Origin: Acidimicrobiales bacterium
GTDB taxonomy: Bacteria > Actinomycetota > Acidimicrobiia > Acidimicrobiales > RAAP-2
DNA length: 61,092 nt
Direction of reading: 5' to 3'
Assembly (NCBI GenBank): GCA_017883025.1
Contig: JADGOH010000042.1
Span: 1-61,092, forward strand
In this document: positions 33,283 through 41,907 of the stretch, one piece after another
Layout of the letters: the number at the start of each line of letters is the position of its first letter
Position numbering within the stretch: the first letter of the stretch is position 1
The notes under the pieces: generated by a model
The model's database searches: none
What the model was told of the DNA's origin: nothing
What the model saw: the letters and a program-made list of their open reading frames with translations, nothing else
Program-made: the position numbers and the translations under genes

Positions 33283-36015
33283 TCAGTCCGACCAGGGGTC
33301 GGAGGACTCGGGGTCGATCCCGTAGGTGACGACGGCCTTGGCCGTCGTCCCACGGGGTACGGCGCCGTCGGCCTCGAGGCCCCCGAGCACCGCCACGACC
33401 ACGTGGGCCGCGTCGATCTCGAAGAACCGGCGGAGCACCTCGCGTGTGTCCGACCGGCCGAAGCCGTCGGTCCCGAGCGAGGTGAACCGGCGGGGCATCC
33501 ACCGGGCCACCTGGTCGGGCACGGCCCGCACGAAGTCGGTGACGGCCACGATCGGCCCGGTCGTCCCGGCGAGTTCCCCAGTGACCAACGGCACGCCGTC
33601 GGGCTCGTCGGGATGGAGCCGGCCGTGGCGTTCGGTCGACAGTGCCTCCTCGCGGAGGGACTTGTACGAGGTGACCGACCACGTGTCCGTGGCCACGCCC
33701 CACACCTCCGCGAGCAGCCGACGGGCCTCCTCGGCCGCCCGCCACGCCGTGCCCGAGAACAGGACCGAGGCCCGGGGGACACCGGGGGCCAGGCCCTCGG
33801 GGGGCCCGGCGAACCGGTACATGCCGCGGATCGTCCCGAGTCGCACCCGTTCCGTGTCGTCGGGGTCGTCGGGCAGGGCCGGCATCACGTAGTTCTCGTT
33901 GTAGAGGGTCAGGTACCAGTAGCGGTCTTCGGCGTCGGGCCCCGTCATCCGCCGGATCCCGTCCTCCATCAGCACGGCCACCTCGTAGGCGAACGCCGGG
34001 TCATAGGCGGCCACCGACGGGTAGGCCGAGGCCAGCAGGAGCGAGTGCCCGTCCTGGTGCTGCAGGCCCTCCCCGTTCAGCGTGGTCCGGCCCGCCGTGC
34101 ACCCGAGCAGGAAGCCCCGGCCCCGGCTGTCGCCCAGCGCCCAGAGCAGGTCGCCCACCCGCTGGAACCCGAACATCGAGTAGAAGAGGTAGCAGGGGAT
34201 CAGCGGCTCCCCCCACGTGGCGTACGAGGTGGCCGCCGCCGTGAACGACGCCGTCGCCCCGGTCTCGGTGATGCCCTCCTCCAGCACCTGGCCGCTGGTG
34301 CTCTCGGCGTAGTGGAGGGCGAGCCCTGCGTCGACGGGCGTGTAGCGCTGCCCTCCCGGCGCGTAGATCTGGACCTCGCTGATCAGCGACTCGAGCCCGA
34401 AGGTGCGGGCCTCGTCCGACACGATCGGCACGATCCGCGAGCCGATGCCCGGGTCCCGGGTCAGCGAGCGCAGGAGCCGGGCGAACGCCATAGTGGTCGA
34501 GACCTCCTGGCGACCCGAGCCGGCCAGCAGGTCGACGAAACCCGAGGGTTTCGGCGGCGGCAGCGGAGCGGCGCGCACCACCCGGCTCGGGAGCGGGCCC
34601 CCGAGGACCCGGCGCCGCTCGGCCAGGTAGCGGCCGGCGGGGGAGTCCGGGTCGGGGCGGCAGTACGGCGGGAGGTCGGCGTCGAGTGCGGACTCGGTGA
34701 CCTCCTCGTGGAGGGACAGCCGGTCGCGCAGTGCACGCAGTTGATCCCTGGTCATCTTCTTGATCTGGTGGGTGGCGTTGCGGGACTCGATCTGGGGGCC
34801 CAGGGTCCAGCCCTTCACCGTCTTGGCCAGGATGGCGGTGGGGGCGCCCCGGTGCTCGGTCGCCGCCCGGTAGGCGGCGTAGAGCTTGCGGTAGTCGTGC
34901 CCGCCCCGGGGGAGGCTCTGGAGCTCGGCGTCGCTCAGGTGCTCGACCAGCGCCCGCAGCCGGGGGTCCGGCCCGAAGAAGTGCTCGCGGATGTAGGCGC
35001 CGGACTCGGTGGCGTACTTCTGGAATTCGCCGTCGACCGTCTCGTTCATGCGGGCCAGCAGCACGCCGTCGACGTCGCGGGCGAGGAGCTCGTCCCAGGT
35101 GCGGCCCCAGACCACCTTGATCACGTTCCAGCCGGCGCCTCGCAGGGTGGCCTCGAACTCCTGGATGACCTTGCCGTTGCCCCGCACGGGGCCGTCCAGG
35201 CGCTGCAGGTTGCAGTTGACCACCATGGTGAGGTTGTCGAGGTGCTCGCGTCCGGCCATGCCGAGGAGGGCCATCGTCTCGGGCTCGTCGAATTCGCCGT
35301 CGCCGACGAAGGCCCACACCCTGCTCTGCGAGGTGTCGGCGAGGCCGCGGGCCTCGAGATACCGGGCCAGGTGGGCCTGGGCGATGGCGTTGACCGGCCC
35401 GAGGCCCATCGACACCGTCGGGTACTCCCAGAACCCCGGCATCAGCCTCGGGTGGGGGTAGGAGGAGAGGCCGTCGCCGCCGACCTCGAAGCGGAAGTTG
35501 TCGAGCTGTGCCTCGGACAGCCGCCCCTCGACGAATGCCCGGGCGTAGATGCCGGGCGAGGCGTGGCCCTGGAAGTACACCTGGTCGCCCGGACCGTGTT
35601 CCTTGCCCCGGAAGAAGTGGTTGAATCCGACCTCGTACAGCGCGGCCGAGCTGGCATAGGTGGCAAGGTGGCCGCCGATGGCATCGGAGCGGATGTTGGC
35701 CCGCACCACCATGACCGCGGCGTTCCAGCGGATGTACCGGCGGATCCGGCGCTCGAGGTCCTCGTCGCCCGGGAACTCGGGCTCGGCGTCCGACGGGATG
35801 GTGTTGACGTACGGAGTCGAGACGGGCAGCGGAAAGTCGACCTGGGACTGACGGGCCCGCTCCACCATCCGCAGCAGCAGGTAGCGGGCACGGTTCCGCC
35901 CATGGACCCGTACCACGTCGTCGAATGCGGCCAGCCACTCCTCGGTCTCTCCCGGGTCGAGGTCCGGAAGCTGGTGGGCGACTCCGTCGAAGAGCATCGC
36001 CTGCCATGCTCCCAC
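33283..36015 (-). CDS. aceE: pyruvate dehydrogenase E1 component, homodimeric type
   Basis: 910 aa. DPGETEEWLAAFDDVV, GGHLATYASSAALYEVGFNHFFRG, GDGEFDEPE. An alternative ATG start at 35997 gives MLFDG. Confidence 0.95.
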   Translation of the reverse strand: MGAWQAMLFDGVAHQLPDLDPGETEEWLAAFDDVVRVHGRNRARYLLLRMVERARQSQVDFPLPVSTPYVNTIPSDAEPEFPGDEDLERRIRRYIRWNAAVMVVRANIRSDAIGGHLATYASSAALYEVGFNHFFRGKEHGPGDQVYFQGHASPGIYARAFVEGRLSEAQLDNFRFEVGGDGLSSYPHPRLMPGFWEYPTVSMGLGPVNAIAQAHLARYLEARGLADTSQSRVWAFVGDGEFDEPETMALLGMAGREHLDNLTMVVNCNLQRLDGPVRGNGKVIQEFEATLRGAGWNVIKVVWGRTWDELLARDVDGVLLARMNETVDGEFQKYATESGAYIREHFFGPDPRLRALVEHLSDAELQSLPRGGHDYRKLYAAYRAATEHRGAPTAILAKTVKGWTLGPQIESRNATHQIKKMTRDQLRALRDRLSLHEEVTESALDADLPPYCRPDPDSPAGRYLAERRRVLGGPLPSRVVRAAPLPPPKPSGFVDLLAGSGRQEVSTTMAFARLLRSLTRDPGIGSRIVPIVSDEARTFGLESLISEVQIYAPGGQRYTPVDAGLALHYAESTSGQVLEEGITETGATASFTAAATSYATWGEPLIPCYLFYSMFGFQRVGDLLWALGDSRGRGFLLGCTAGRTTLNGEGLQHQDGHSLLLASAYPSVAAYDPAFAYEVAVLMEDGIRRMTGPDAEDRYWYLTLYNENYVMPALPDDPDDTERVRLGTIRGMYRFAGPPEGLAPGVPRASVLFSGTAWRAAEEARRLLAEVWGVATDTWSVTSYKSLREEALSTERHGRLHPDEPDGVPLVTGELAGTTGPIVAVTDFVRAVPDQVARWMPRRFTSLGTDGFGRSDTREVLRRFFEIDAAHVVVAVLGGLEADGAVPRGTTAKAVVTYGIDPESSDPWSD

Positions 36016-36146
36016 CCCGGCGGTGGCGGCGCACCATCAGCTGGGCGCCGGCCCCGGGGCCCGGTGCGTGCGGTGCGTCCGACAGTGGACCGCCGTCCCG
36101 GCGAACCGTGCGCCCGGCGCCGGCGCCGAGCAGGCATGCTGTGGCG

Positions 36147-36632
36147 ATGCACGACGCCCCGATCATCGCCTACACCGACGGATCGTGCCTGGGGAACCCC
36201 GGCCCCGGCGGCTGGGCCTGGGCGGTCGACGGGGGGCCGTCGGACTCGGGGGGTGAGCCCCACACCACCAACCAGCGCATGGAGGTCCTGGCCGTCATCC
36301 GCGCCCTCGAGACCCTGACTGGGCCGGTCCACGTGGTGAGCGACTCCACCTACGTCGTGAACTGCTTCCGCCAGCAGTGGCACGCGGGTTGGAAGCGCCG
36401 GGGCTGGAGGAATTCCCAAGGGAAGCCGGTGGCCAACCGGGACCTGTGGGAGCGACTCTTCGCCCTGGCCCTCGACCCGGGACGTCCCGTCACCTTTGCC
36501 TGGGTGAAGGGCCATTCGGGCGACCGGATGAACGACGTCGTCGACGGTTTGGCCACAGCTGCGGCGGCCCGCCAGGACCCGACCGGCCCCCCGCCGGACG
36601 CCGGTTTGGGTCAGGGGCAGCTGCTCCCGTAA
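36147..36632 (+). CDS. rnhA: ribonuclease HI
   Basis: In-frame ATG at 36147. YTDGSCLGNPGPGGWA, TNQRMEV, SDSTYV, VKGHSGDRMNDVVDGLA. Confidence 0.9.
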   Translation: MHDAPIIAYTDGSCLGNPGPGGWAWAVDGGPSDSGGEPHTTNQRMEVLAVIRALETLTGPVHVVSDSTYVVNCFRQQWHAGWKRRGWRNSQGKPVANRDLWERLFALALDPGRPVTFAWVKGHSGDRMNDVVDGLATAAAARQDPTGPPPDAGLGQGQLLP

Positions 36633-36641
36633 TCTCTCAGT

Positions 36642-37409
36642 ATGGAGATCAACGGAAGTTCAGCCATTATCACTGGTGGGGCCTCGGGCCTCGGTGAGGC
36701 CACGGCCCGCAAGCTCGCCGCTGAAGGCGTGCGCGTCACCGTGTTCGACCGCAACGAGGAGCGGGCCAAGGAGGTCGTCGCCGAGATCGGCGGGACCGCG
36801 AACTTCGTGGCCGGCGACGTCACCGACCCCGACGACTGCCAGAAGGCCGTTGACCAGGCGGCCGACGGCGGCAATCTGCGCATCGCCGTCAACTGTGCGG
36901 GCACCGGCTGGGTCGGTCGTGTCATCAACCGGGACGGCTCCCCCCACGACCTCGCCCCGTTCAAGTTCATCCAGGACCTGAACATCATCGGCACGTTCAA
37001 CGTCATGACCAAGGCCGCCTCGGCCATCGCCACCGTCGAGCCCCAGGCCAACGGCGAACGCGGCGTCATCATCAACACGGCGTCGGTAGCCGCGTTCGAC
37101 GGCCAGATCGGCCAGCTGGCCTACTCGGCATCGAAGGGCGCCGTCGTCGGCATGACCCTGCCCGCCGCCCGCGACCTCGCCGTCGTCGGTATCAGGGTGC
37201 TCGCCATCGCCCCCGGCCTGTTCGACACCCCGCTGCTCGCCATGCTGCCCGACGAGGCCCGCGACGCGCTGGCGCAGTCGGTCAACTTCCCGAAGCGCCT
37301 GGGGAACCCTGCCGAGTACGGCGACCTGGTGGCCCACATCGCCACCAACAGCTACCTCAATGCCGAGGTCATTCGCCTCGACGGCGGCATCCGGATGCCA
37401 CCCAAGTAG
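36642..37409 (+). CDS. 3-hydroxyacyl-CoA dehydrogenase type 2 (HSD10-like SDR)
   Basis: Near end-to-end resemblance to the HSD17B10 family: ITGGASGLG, VNCAG, GVIINTASVAAFDGQIGQLAYSASKGAVVGMTLPAARDL, IAPGLFDTPLL, EVIRLDGGIRMPP. Confidence 0.9.
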   Translation: MEINGSSAIITGGASGLGEATARKLAAEGVRVTVFDRNEERAKEVVAEIGGTANFVAGDVTDPDDCQKAVDQAADGGNLRIAVNCAGTGWVGRVINRDGSPHDLAPFKFIQDLNIIGTFNVMTKAASAIATVEPQANGERGVIINTASVAAFDGQIGQLAYSASKGAVVGMTLPAARDLAVVGIRVLAIAPGLFDTPLLAMLPDEARDALAQSVNFPKRLGNPAEYGDLVAHIATNSYLNAEVIRLDGGIRMPPK

Positions 37410-37500
37410 CACGACGCGGTGTCCCGGCCCACGGGACGCGGACGCACCGTGCCACGCCGGTTCGGCGAGCCGGGGCCGGGGGTAGGGTCGGGTCGATTCC

Positions 37501-38493
37501 ATGACCACGACCACCCCCAGCCCGGCCGCCGGTCCCGTGGCGTGGACCCCGGACGTCATCCGCACGGAGGGCCTCACGAAGGTCTACGCCGGGTCCGACC
37601 TCCGGGCCGTCGACAACCTCGACCTGGTGGTCGGGGAGGGCGAGATCTTCGGTCTCCTCGGCCCGAACGGCGCGGGCAAGACGACCACAGCGGGCATGCT
37701 CACGACACGGGTGGTCCCCACCTCGGGCACGGCATTCGTCGGTGGGATCGACGTCGTGAGGCACCCGGCGCTGGCCAAGCAGATCCTCGGGATCGTCAGT
37801 CAGCAGAACACCCTGGACCGCCAGCTGACGGTGTGGGAGAACCTCTATTTCCACGGCCGACTGTTCGGGATCCCGGCGAAGGAGTCCCGACGTGAGGCCG
37901 ATCGCCTCCTCGAGGAGTTCCAGCTCCAGAACTGGGCGACAGCCTCGGTCTACGCGCTCTCTGGCGGCATGGCCCAGCGCCTGATGGTCGCCCGGGCCAT
38001 CTTCCATCGGCCGGCTGTGCTCTTCCTCGACGAGCCCACGGCCGGCCTCGACCCGCAGAGCCGGCTGGCGCTGTGGGACGTCCTCCGCGAGCTGAACGCC
38101 GGCGGCCAGACCATCCTCCTCACCACCCACTACATGGAGGAGGCCGAACAGCTCTGCGGCCGGGTGGCGATCATGGACAAGGGCCGGATCCTCGCCCTCG
38201 ACTCGCCCGACGCGCTCAAGAGCCGGATCGACGCCGACACCATTGTCACCGTGACGGCGACCGGCGATCGGGACGCCCTCGGCCAGGCGCTGGTCGAGCG
38301 GGTCCCTGGCGTCACCCTGACCCGTCCGGTGGACGGAGGGGTTGAGCTGCACGTGAAGGGGAAGCACCGGCTCCTGCCGGCGGTTGTCGCGGGTGCCGAG
38401 GACGCGGGGTTTCCGGTCCTCGACATCTCGGTGACGGAACCCTCGCTCGAGACCGTCTTCATCGAGCTCACCGGCAAGGAACTCCGCGACTGA
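37501..38493 (+). CDS. ABC transporter ATP-binding protein (DrrA/ABC-2 exporter type)
   Basis: GLLGPNGAGKTT, LSGGMAQRL, LFLDEPTAGLD, TTHYMEEAE. Confidence 0.9.
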   Translation: MTTTTPSPAAGPVAWTPDVIRTEGLTKVYAGSDLRAVDNLDLVVGEGEIFGLLGPNGAGKTTTAGMLTTRVVPTSGTAFVGGIDVVRHPALAKQILGIVSQQNTLDRQLTVWENLYFHGRLFGIPAKESRREADRLLEEFQLQNWATASVYALSGGMAQRLMVARAIFHRPAVLFLDEPTAGLDPQSRLALWDVLRELNAGGQTILLTTHYMEEAEQLCGRVAIMDKGRILALDSPDALKSRIDADTIVTVTATGDRDALGQALVERVPGVTLTRPVDGGVELHVKGKHRLLPAVVAGAEDAGFPVLDISVTEPSLETVFIELTGKELRD

Positions 38494-39371
38494 TGGCCGT
38501 CGTCGACACCACCGCGCCCGGTCCCGCCGTCCACCTCCGTCCGGAGCACTCGGCCCTGGCTGCCGGCCGGAGCGCGCTCTGGGCGCTCGTCCTCCGGGAC
38601 CTCCTCGTCCTCCGCAAGCACCTCTTCGAGTTCGTGGCGCGGACACTGATCCAGCCATTCCTCCTGTGCTTCGTGTTCCTCTACGTCTTCCCCAAGATCG
38701 GGCAGGGGATCGGTGGCGCCGATCCTGCCGCGCAGTCGGCATTCGCCACGATCCTCGTCCCCGGGGTCGTCGGCATCTCCATCCTGTTCCAGGGCGTCCA
38801 GTCGGTGGCACTGACCATGTCCCAGGAATTCGGCTACACCCGCGAGATCGAGGACCGGGTGCAGGCCCCCTGCCCGATCTGGCTGGTGGCGATGGCCAAG
38901 GTGCTGTCCGGCGCCGCACAGGGCCTGCTGTCGGCAGCGCTCGTTCTGCCCATCGCCTCGGTCGTCCACGCCAAGGGGGTCGAGGCGCACCTGTCACTCC
39001 ACTGGTGGGTCGTCATCACCGTCGTGCCGCTGGCCTGCGTGACGATGGCGGCACTCGGACTGCTGCTCGGCACCAGCTTCGAGCCCCGGAACATCGGGCT
39101 GATGTTCGGCTTCATCATCCTGCCGGTGACCTTCCTCGGGGGGACGTACTACGCCTACACCCGGCTCGCCCCGGTCGAGGCGGGTGGCTGGCACTGGTTG
39201 CAGACGCTCGTCCTGGTCAACCCGCTGATCTACATCAACGAGGGGATGCGGGCCGCGTTTACCGACGCGCCCCACATGCCGCTCTACGTGATCTATCCGG
39301 TACTGGTGGCCTTCCTCGCCGCCTTCCTCGGCGTCGGACTCCGGAACTTCCGCCGGCGGGTCCTCTCCTGA
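38493..39371 (+). CDS. ABC-2 type transporter permease
   Basis: The start overlaps the ATPase stop as ATGA. About 6 TM segments. EFGYTREIEDR loop typical of ABC-2 permeases. Confidence 0.85.
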   Translation: MAVVDTTAPGPAVHLRPEHSALAAGRSALWALVLRDLLVLRKHLFEFVARTLIQPFLLCFVFLYVFPKIGQGIGGADPAAQSAFATILVPGVVGISILFQGVQSVALTMSQEFGYTREIEDRVQAPCPIWLVAMAKVLSGAAQGLLSAALVLPIASVVHAKGVEAHLSLHWWVVITVVPLACVTMAALGLLLGTSFEPRNIGLMFGFIILPVTFLGGTYYAYTRLAPVEAGGWHWLQTLVLVNPLIYINEGMRAAFTDAPHMPLYVIYPVLVAFLAAFLGVGLRNFRRRVLS

Positions 39372-39373
39372 CG

Positions 39374-40279
39374 GTGTCCGGGGACGGGACGGTTGACCCG
39401 GCGGCGGCAGGCGCGGCGGCAGGTGCTTCGACACGTCCGGTGGGTGGCGCGGCAGAGGAGCCAGCGGAGGAAGCCGGCGACGGCCGGGGCTACCTGCTCG
39501 ACAACCGGCTCGACGGTGCGGGCATCCGGCTGGCTGCCATCGCCGAGCTCTTCGACCCGGTGACGTTCCGCCACCTCCGGGCGACCGGAGTGGGTGAGGG
39601 CTGGCAGTGCTGGGAGGTGGGGGCCGGCGGCCCGACGGTGAGTGCATGGCTCGCCCGACGGATCGGGCCCTCCGGGTCCGTCGTCGCCACCGATACCGAC
39701 CTGTCGCGGTTCGGGGAGCCGGCCGACGGGGTCACCGCGCTCGTGCACGACGTCACCACCGATCCGCCCCCGGGCGGCCCCTTCGACCTCGTCCACGTCC
39801 GGTTGGTCCTCGTGCACCTGCCGGAGCGCTCGGACGTGGTGGGTGTGCTGGCCGCGGCGCTGCGCCCCGGCGGGTGGCTGGTACTGGAGGACGCCGACCC
39901 GGCGCTGCAGCCATTGGCCTGCATCGACGAGCACGGCCCAGACGAGGTCCTCGCCAACCGCATCCGCTCCGGGTTCCGGAGGCTGCTGGCCGAGCGGGGA
40001 GCGGACCTGGCATTCGGCCGCACGCTGCCCCGACTGCTCCGGGGTGTCGGGCTGGTCGACGTGTCGTCGGACGCCTGCTTCCCGGTGACGCACCCGGTCG
40101 GTGCCGAGCTCGAACGGGTGACCGTGGAGCAGACACGTGCCGCGCTGGTCGCCGGCGGGCTGGCCACCGACGCCGAGGTGGAGCGCCACCTCGCCAACCT
40201 GGCGGCCGGGAGGCTCGACCTGTCAACGGCGCCACTGGTGTCCGCCCGAGGGCGCCGTCCCGCTGCTCCTACCGGCTGA
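39374..40279 (+). CDS. class I SAM-dependent methyltransferase
   Basis: A GTG lies 3 nt after the permease stop, but the start is uncertain. Motif I CWEVGAGGPTVSAWLA, VATDTD, GGWLVLED. Confidence 0.75.
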   Translation: MSGDGTVDPAAAGAAAGASTRPVGGAAEEPAEEAGDGRGYLLDNRLDGAGIRLAAIAELFDPVTFRHLRATGVGEGWQCWEVGAGGPTVSAWLARRIGPSGSVVATDTDLSRFGEPADGVTALVHDVTTDPPPGGPFDLVHVRLVLVHLPERSDVVGVLAAALRPGGWLVLEDADPALQPLACIDEHGPDEVLANRIRSGFRRLLAERGADLAFGRTLPRLLRGVGLVDVSSDACFPVTHPVGAELERVTVEQTRAALVAGGLATDAEVERHLANLAAGRLDLSTAPLVSARGRRPAAPTG

Positions 40280-40299
40280 ACCGGGATCGGGCGGGCCGT

Positions 40300-40315
40300 G
40301 GCGCTGGGGAGCGCC
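40300..40315 (+). terminator. small GC hairpin after the methyltransferase gene
   Basis: GGCGCT-gggg-AGCGCC is a 6-bp stem 21 nt after the stop. Confidence 0.3.
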
Positions 40316-40321
40316 GGCCGA

Positions 40322-40359
40322 GGTGGGGACCCGGTAGGGACCGGTAGGCTGGTGGGGAC
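40322..40359. repeat. nested direct repeats upstream of lpd: GGTGGGGAC-CCGGTAGG-ga-CCGGTAGG-ct-GGTGGGGAC
   Basis: Read directly from the sequence. A 9-mer is repeated at 40322-40330 and 40351-40359. An 8-mer is repeated at 40331-40338 and 40341-40348, a 10-bp phase. The element lies 52-89 nt upstream of the lpd ATG. Confidence 0.6.
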
Positions 40360-40410
40360 ACGCGCCGCCCGGACGCACCACCGCCCGACGGCCCACATGA
40401 CGACATCCCG

Positions 40411-41907
40411 ATGGAGGTGGTTCCCACGGAACCCGAGGTGGCAACGGACCAGACCGCAACGGGGGGAACAGGCGCAGTACCAGGGGAGCAGGGCCACTTC
40501 GACGTGGTCGTGGTCGGCGGAGGGCCGGGCGGGTACGCCGCCGCCCTCTACGGGGCCGCCGCCGGGCTCTCGGTGGCGGTGGTGGAGCTCGACAAGGTTG
40601 GCGGCACGTGCCTGCACCGCGGGTGTGTGCCGGCCAAGGCCTTCCTGGAGACGGCCGCCGTGCACCGCACGGTTCAGGCAGCGGCCGAGTTCGGGATCTC
40701 CGCCGGTCCCGACCAGGCGAGTCCGACCGTCAAGTTCTCGGTCAGCCAGGAGCGAAAGCAACAGGTCGTGGACCAGCTCTTCAACGGGCTCTCGGGGCTC
40801 CTGAAGGGCCGTGGCGTGACCGTATTCAACGGGAGCGGCACCCTCCTCGGCGGCCACCGGGTCCGCATCGCCGGCAACGACGGGACCACCACCGAGGTGT
40901 CGGGGAACGACATCGTCCTGGCCGCCGGCTCCGTGCCCCGGACCATCCCGGGCTTCGACATCGACGGAACCGTCGTGCTGACCTCGGACGAGGTCCTCGC
41001 CCTGGACGCCCTGCCCGCTTCGGTGGCCGTCATCGGGGGCGGCGCCATCGGTTGCGAGTTCGCCTCCATGTTTTCCGACCTCGGCTCGACCGTCACCATC
41101 TTCGAGGCCCTGCCGACCATCCTCAACGGCTGCGACGACGACGTCGTGCGCACCGTCGTCCGCTCGTTCAAGAAGCGGAAGATCGACGTGAAGGCCGGCG
41201 TGACCCTCCGCGGGCACACGCCAGCGGCGTCCGGTGGCACCGTCGTCTCCTACGGCGATGGCGAGTCGCTGGCCGTGGACGCCGTCGTGGTGTCGGTCGG
41301 GCGTCGCCCCCGGACCGAGGGACTCGTGGCCGATGACGCCGGCGTGACGATCGACGAGCGCGGCTCCGTGGTGGCGGACGCCGTCATGCGCACGTCGGCC
41401 CCCGGCGTGTGGGCGGTGGGTGATGTCGTCGCCGGCACGCCGCAGCTGGCTCACGTGGCGTTTGCCGAGGCGATCGTGGTCATCAAGTCGATCCTGGGGG
41501 AGCCCGTGCTGCCGGTCGACTACTCGCGGGTGCCCTGGGCGATCTACTGCCACCCCGAAGTGGCGTTCGCCGGGATGACCGAGGCCGCGGCCAAGGCCGC
41601 CGGGCTCGATGTGGTCGTCAAGAAGGACCCGTTCGGCGGCAACAGCCGGGCCCGGATCATCGGGGACACCGAGGGGATGGTGAAGCTCGTCGCCGAGCGG
41701 CGCCCGGACGGCACGACCGGCCGCATCCTCGGTGTCCACATGGTGGGCCCGTGGGTGACCGAGCAGCTCGGCGCCGGCTACCTGGCGGTCAACTGGGAGG
41801 CCACTGCCGACGAGGTGGCACAGTTCATCCAGCCACACCCGTCCTTGTCCGAGACCTTCGGCGAGACCGTGCTGGCACTGACCGGAAGGGGGCTGCACGT
41901 TGCCTGA
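40411..41907 (+). CDS. lpdA: dihydrolipoyl dehydrogenase (E3)
   Basis: VVVVGGGPGGYAAA. Redox disulfide GGTCLHRGCVPAK. C-terminal HPSLSE interface motif. Confidence 0.9.
   Translation: MEVVPTEPEVATDQTATGGTGAVPGEQGHFDVVVVGGGPGGYAAALYGAAAGLSVAVVELDKVGGTCLHRGCVPAKAFLETAAVHRTVQAAAEFGISAGPDQASPTVKFSVSQERKQQVVDQLFNGLSGLLKGRGVTVFNGSGTLLGGHRVRIAGNDGTTTEVSGNDIVLAAGSVPRTIPGFDIDGTVVLTSDEVLALDALPASVAVIGGGAIGCEFASMFSDLGSTVTIFEALPTILNGCDDDVVRTVVRSFKKRKIDVKAGVTLRGHTPAASGGTVVSYGDGESLAVDAVVVSVGRRPRTEGLVADDAGVTIDERGSVVADAVMRTSAPGVWAVGDVVAGTPQLAHVAFAEAIVVIKSILGEPVLPVDYSRVPWAIYCHPEVAFAGMTEAAAKAAGLDVVVKKDPFGGNSRARIIGDTEGMVKLVAERRPDGTTGRILGVHMVGPWVTEQLGAGYLAVNWEATADEVAQFIQPHPSLSETFGETVLALTGRGLHVA

Noticed and set aside
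33124-36318. Very long antisense ORFs. Examples are a 1064-aa ORF opposite aceE, 47747..50275 opposite metH, 39490..42663, 28369..30711, 5951..7621, 15667..17337 and 13943..15703.
   Set aside because: Their products are Arg/Gly/Pro/His-rich and low in complexity. They lie exactly opposite genes with strong family signatures. Such shadow ORFs are expected in ~70% GC DNA, where stop codons are rare.
36147-37409. RNase HI is followed 9 bp later by an HSD17B10-like SDR. It is tempting to link this to the HSD10/MRPP2 subunit of mitochondrial RNase P.
   Set aside because: The adjacency alone is weak evidence. RNase HI is unrelated to RNase P, and bacterial HSD10-like SDRs are ordinary 3-hydroxyacyl-CoA dehydrogenases. 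I treated it as coincidental.
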